Origin: Octopus sinensis
Lineage: Eukaryota
DNA: 64,000 nt
Assembly: GCF_006345805.1 (NCBI RefSeq)
Contig: NC_042999.1
Span: 68,014,001-68,078,000, forward strand
Direction: 5' to 3'
Shown here piece by piece: positions 63,824 through 64,000 of this stretch. The first letter of the stretch is position 1. Every line of letters begins with the position of its first letter. The position numbers and the translations under genes were made by a program. A model generated the notes under the pieces. It saw only the letters and a program-made list of their open reading frames with translations. It had not been told where the DNA came from and ran no database searches.

Positions 63824-64000
63824 TGGAAACTGGCCTAGGCTGGCTAACTAGCTGGCCCTATTTTGGATACCTGACTGGCTGTCTAGCACGGTTAGGATAC
63901 CTGGCTGGCTGGAAACTGGCCTGGGGTTGCTGGCTGGCCCGGCCTTGGCTTGCTGGCTGGAAACTGGCCTAGGCTTCCTAGCTAGCCCGATTTTGGATAC
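63824..64000. repeat. (GGCT)-based satellite resumes, runs off the window end
   Basis: ggaaactggcctaggctggct...ttttggatac. Confidence 0.9.

Overview
This is AT-rich, repeat-saturated eukaryotic DNA, intronic or intergenic. The SINE set, the long (TA)n/(TACA)n/(GATA)n/(TAA)n tracts and the degraded LINE mix look like an octopod cephalopod genome (inference, no database search run). No intact protein-coding gene is supported, and almost all listed ORFs are microsatellite read-throughs. One weak candidate first coding exon lies at 42336-42375. The content is: at least five tRNA-headed SINE families; decayed non-LTR retrotransposons (CR1/L2-like, RTE, HERO, R4/Dong-like); two Penelope-like elements (Neptune-type RT at 19.1-21.7 kb, Naiad-type RT+GIY-YIG at 25.8-27.3 kb); Tc1/mariner/pogo relics and MITEs; three non-autonomous Helitron families; several minisatellites; and a nested two-tier satellite at the right end. 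The most notable signals are: (1) one SINE family that repeatedly inserts into its own head at tail-matched microhomologies, building dimers and a tetramer; (2) several minimal hammerhead-ribozyme-like motifs, one in a near-perfect palindrome and one behind a Pol III-type head; (3) a 2.3-kb inverted repeat capped by outward-facing Helitron 3' ends; (4) a Helitron with a symmetric double-CTAG terminus, and a Helitron head running into a hierarchical satellite. Family names come from motif recall and manual translation. Boundaries of degraded elements are approximate.
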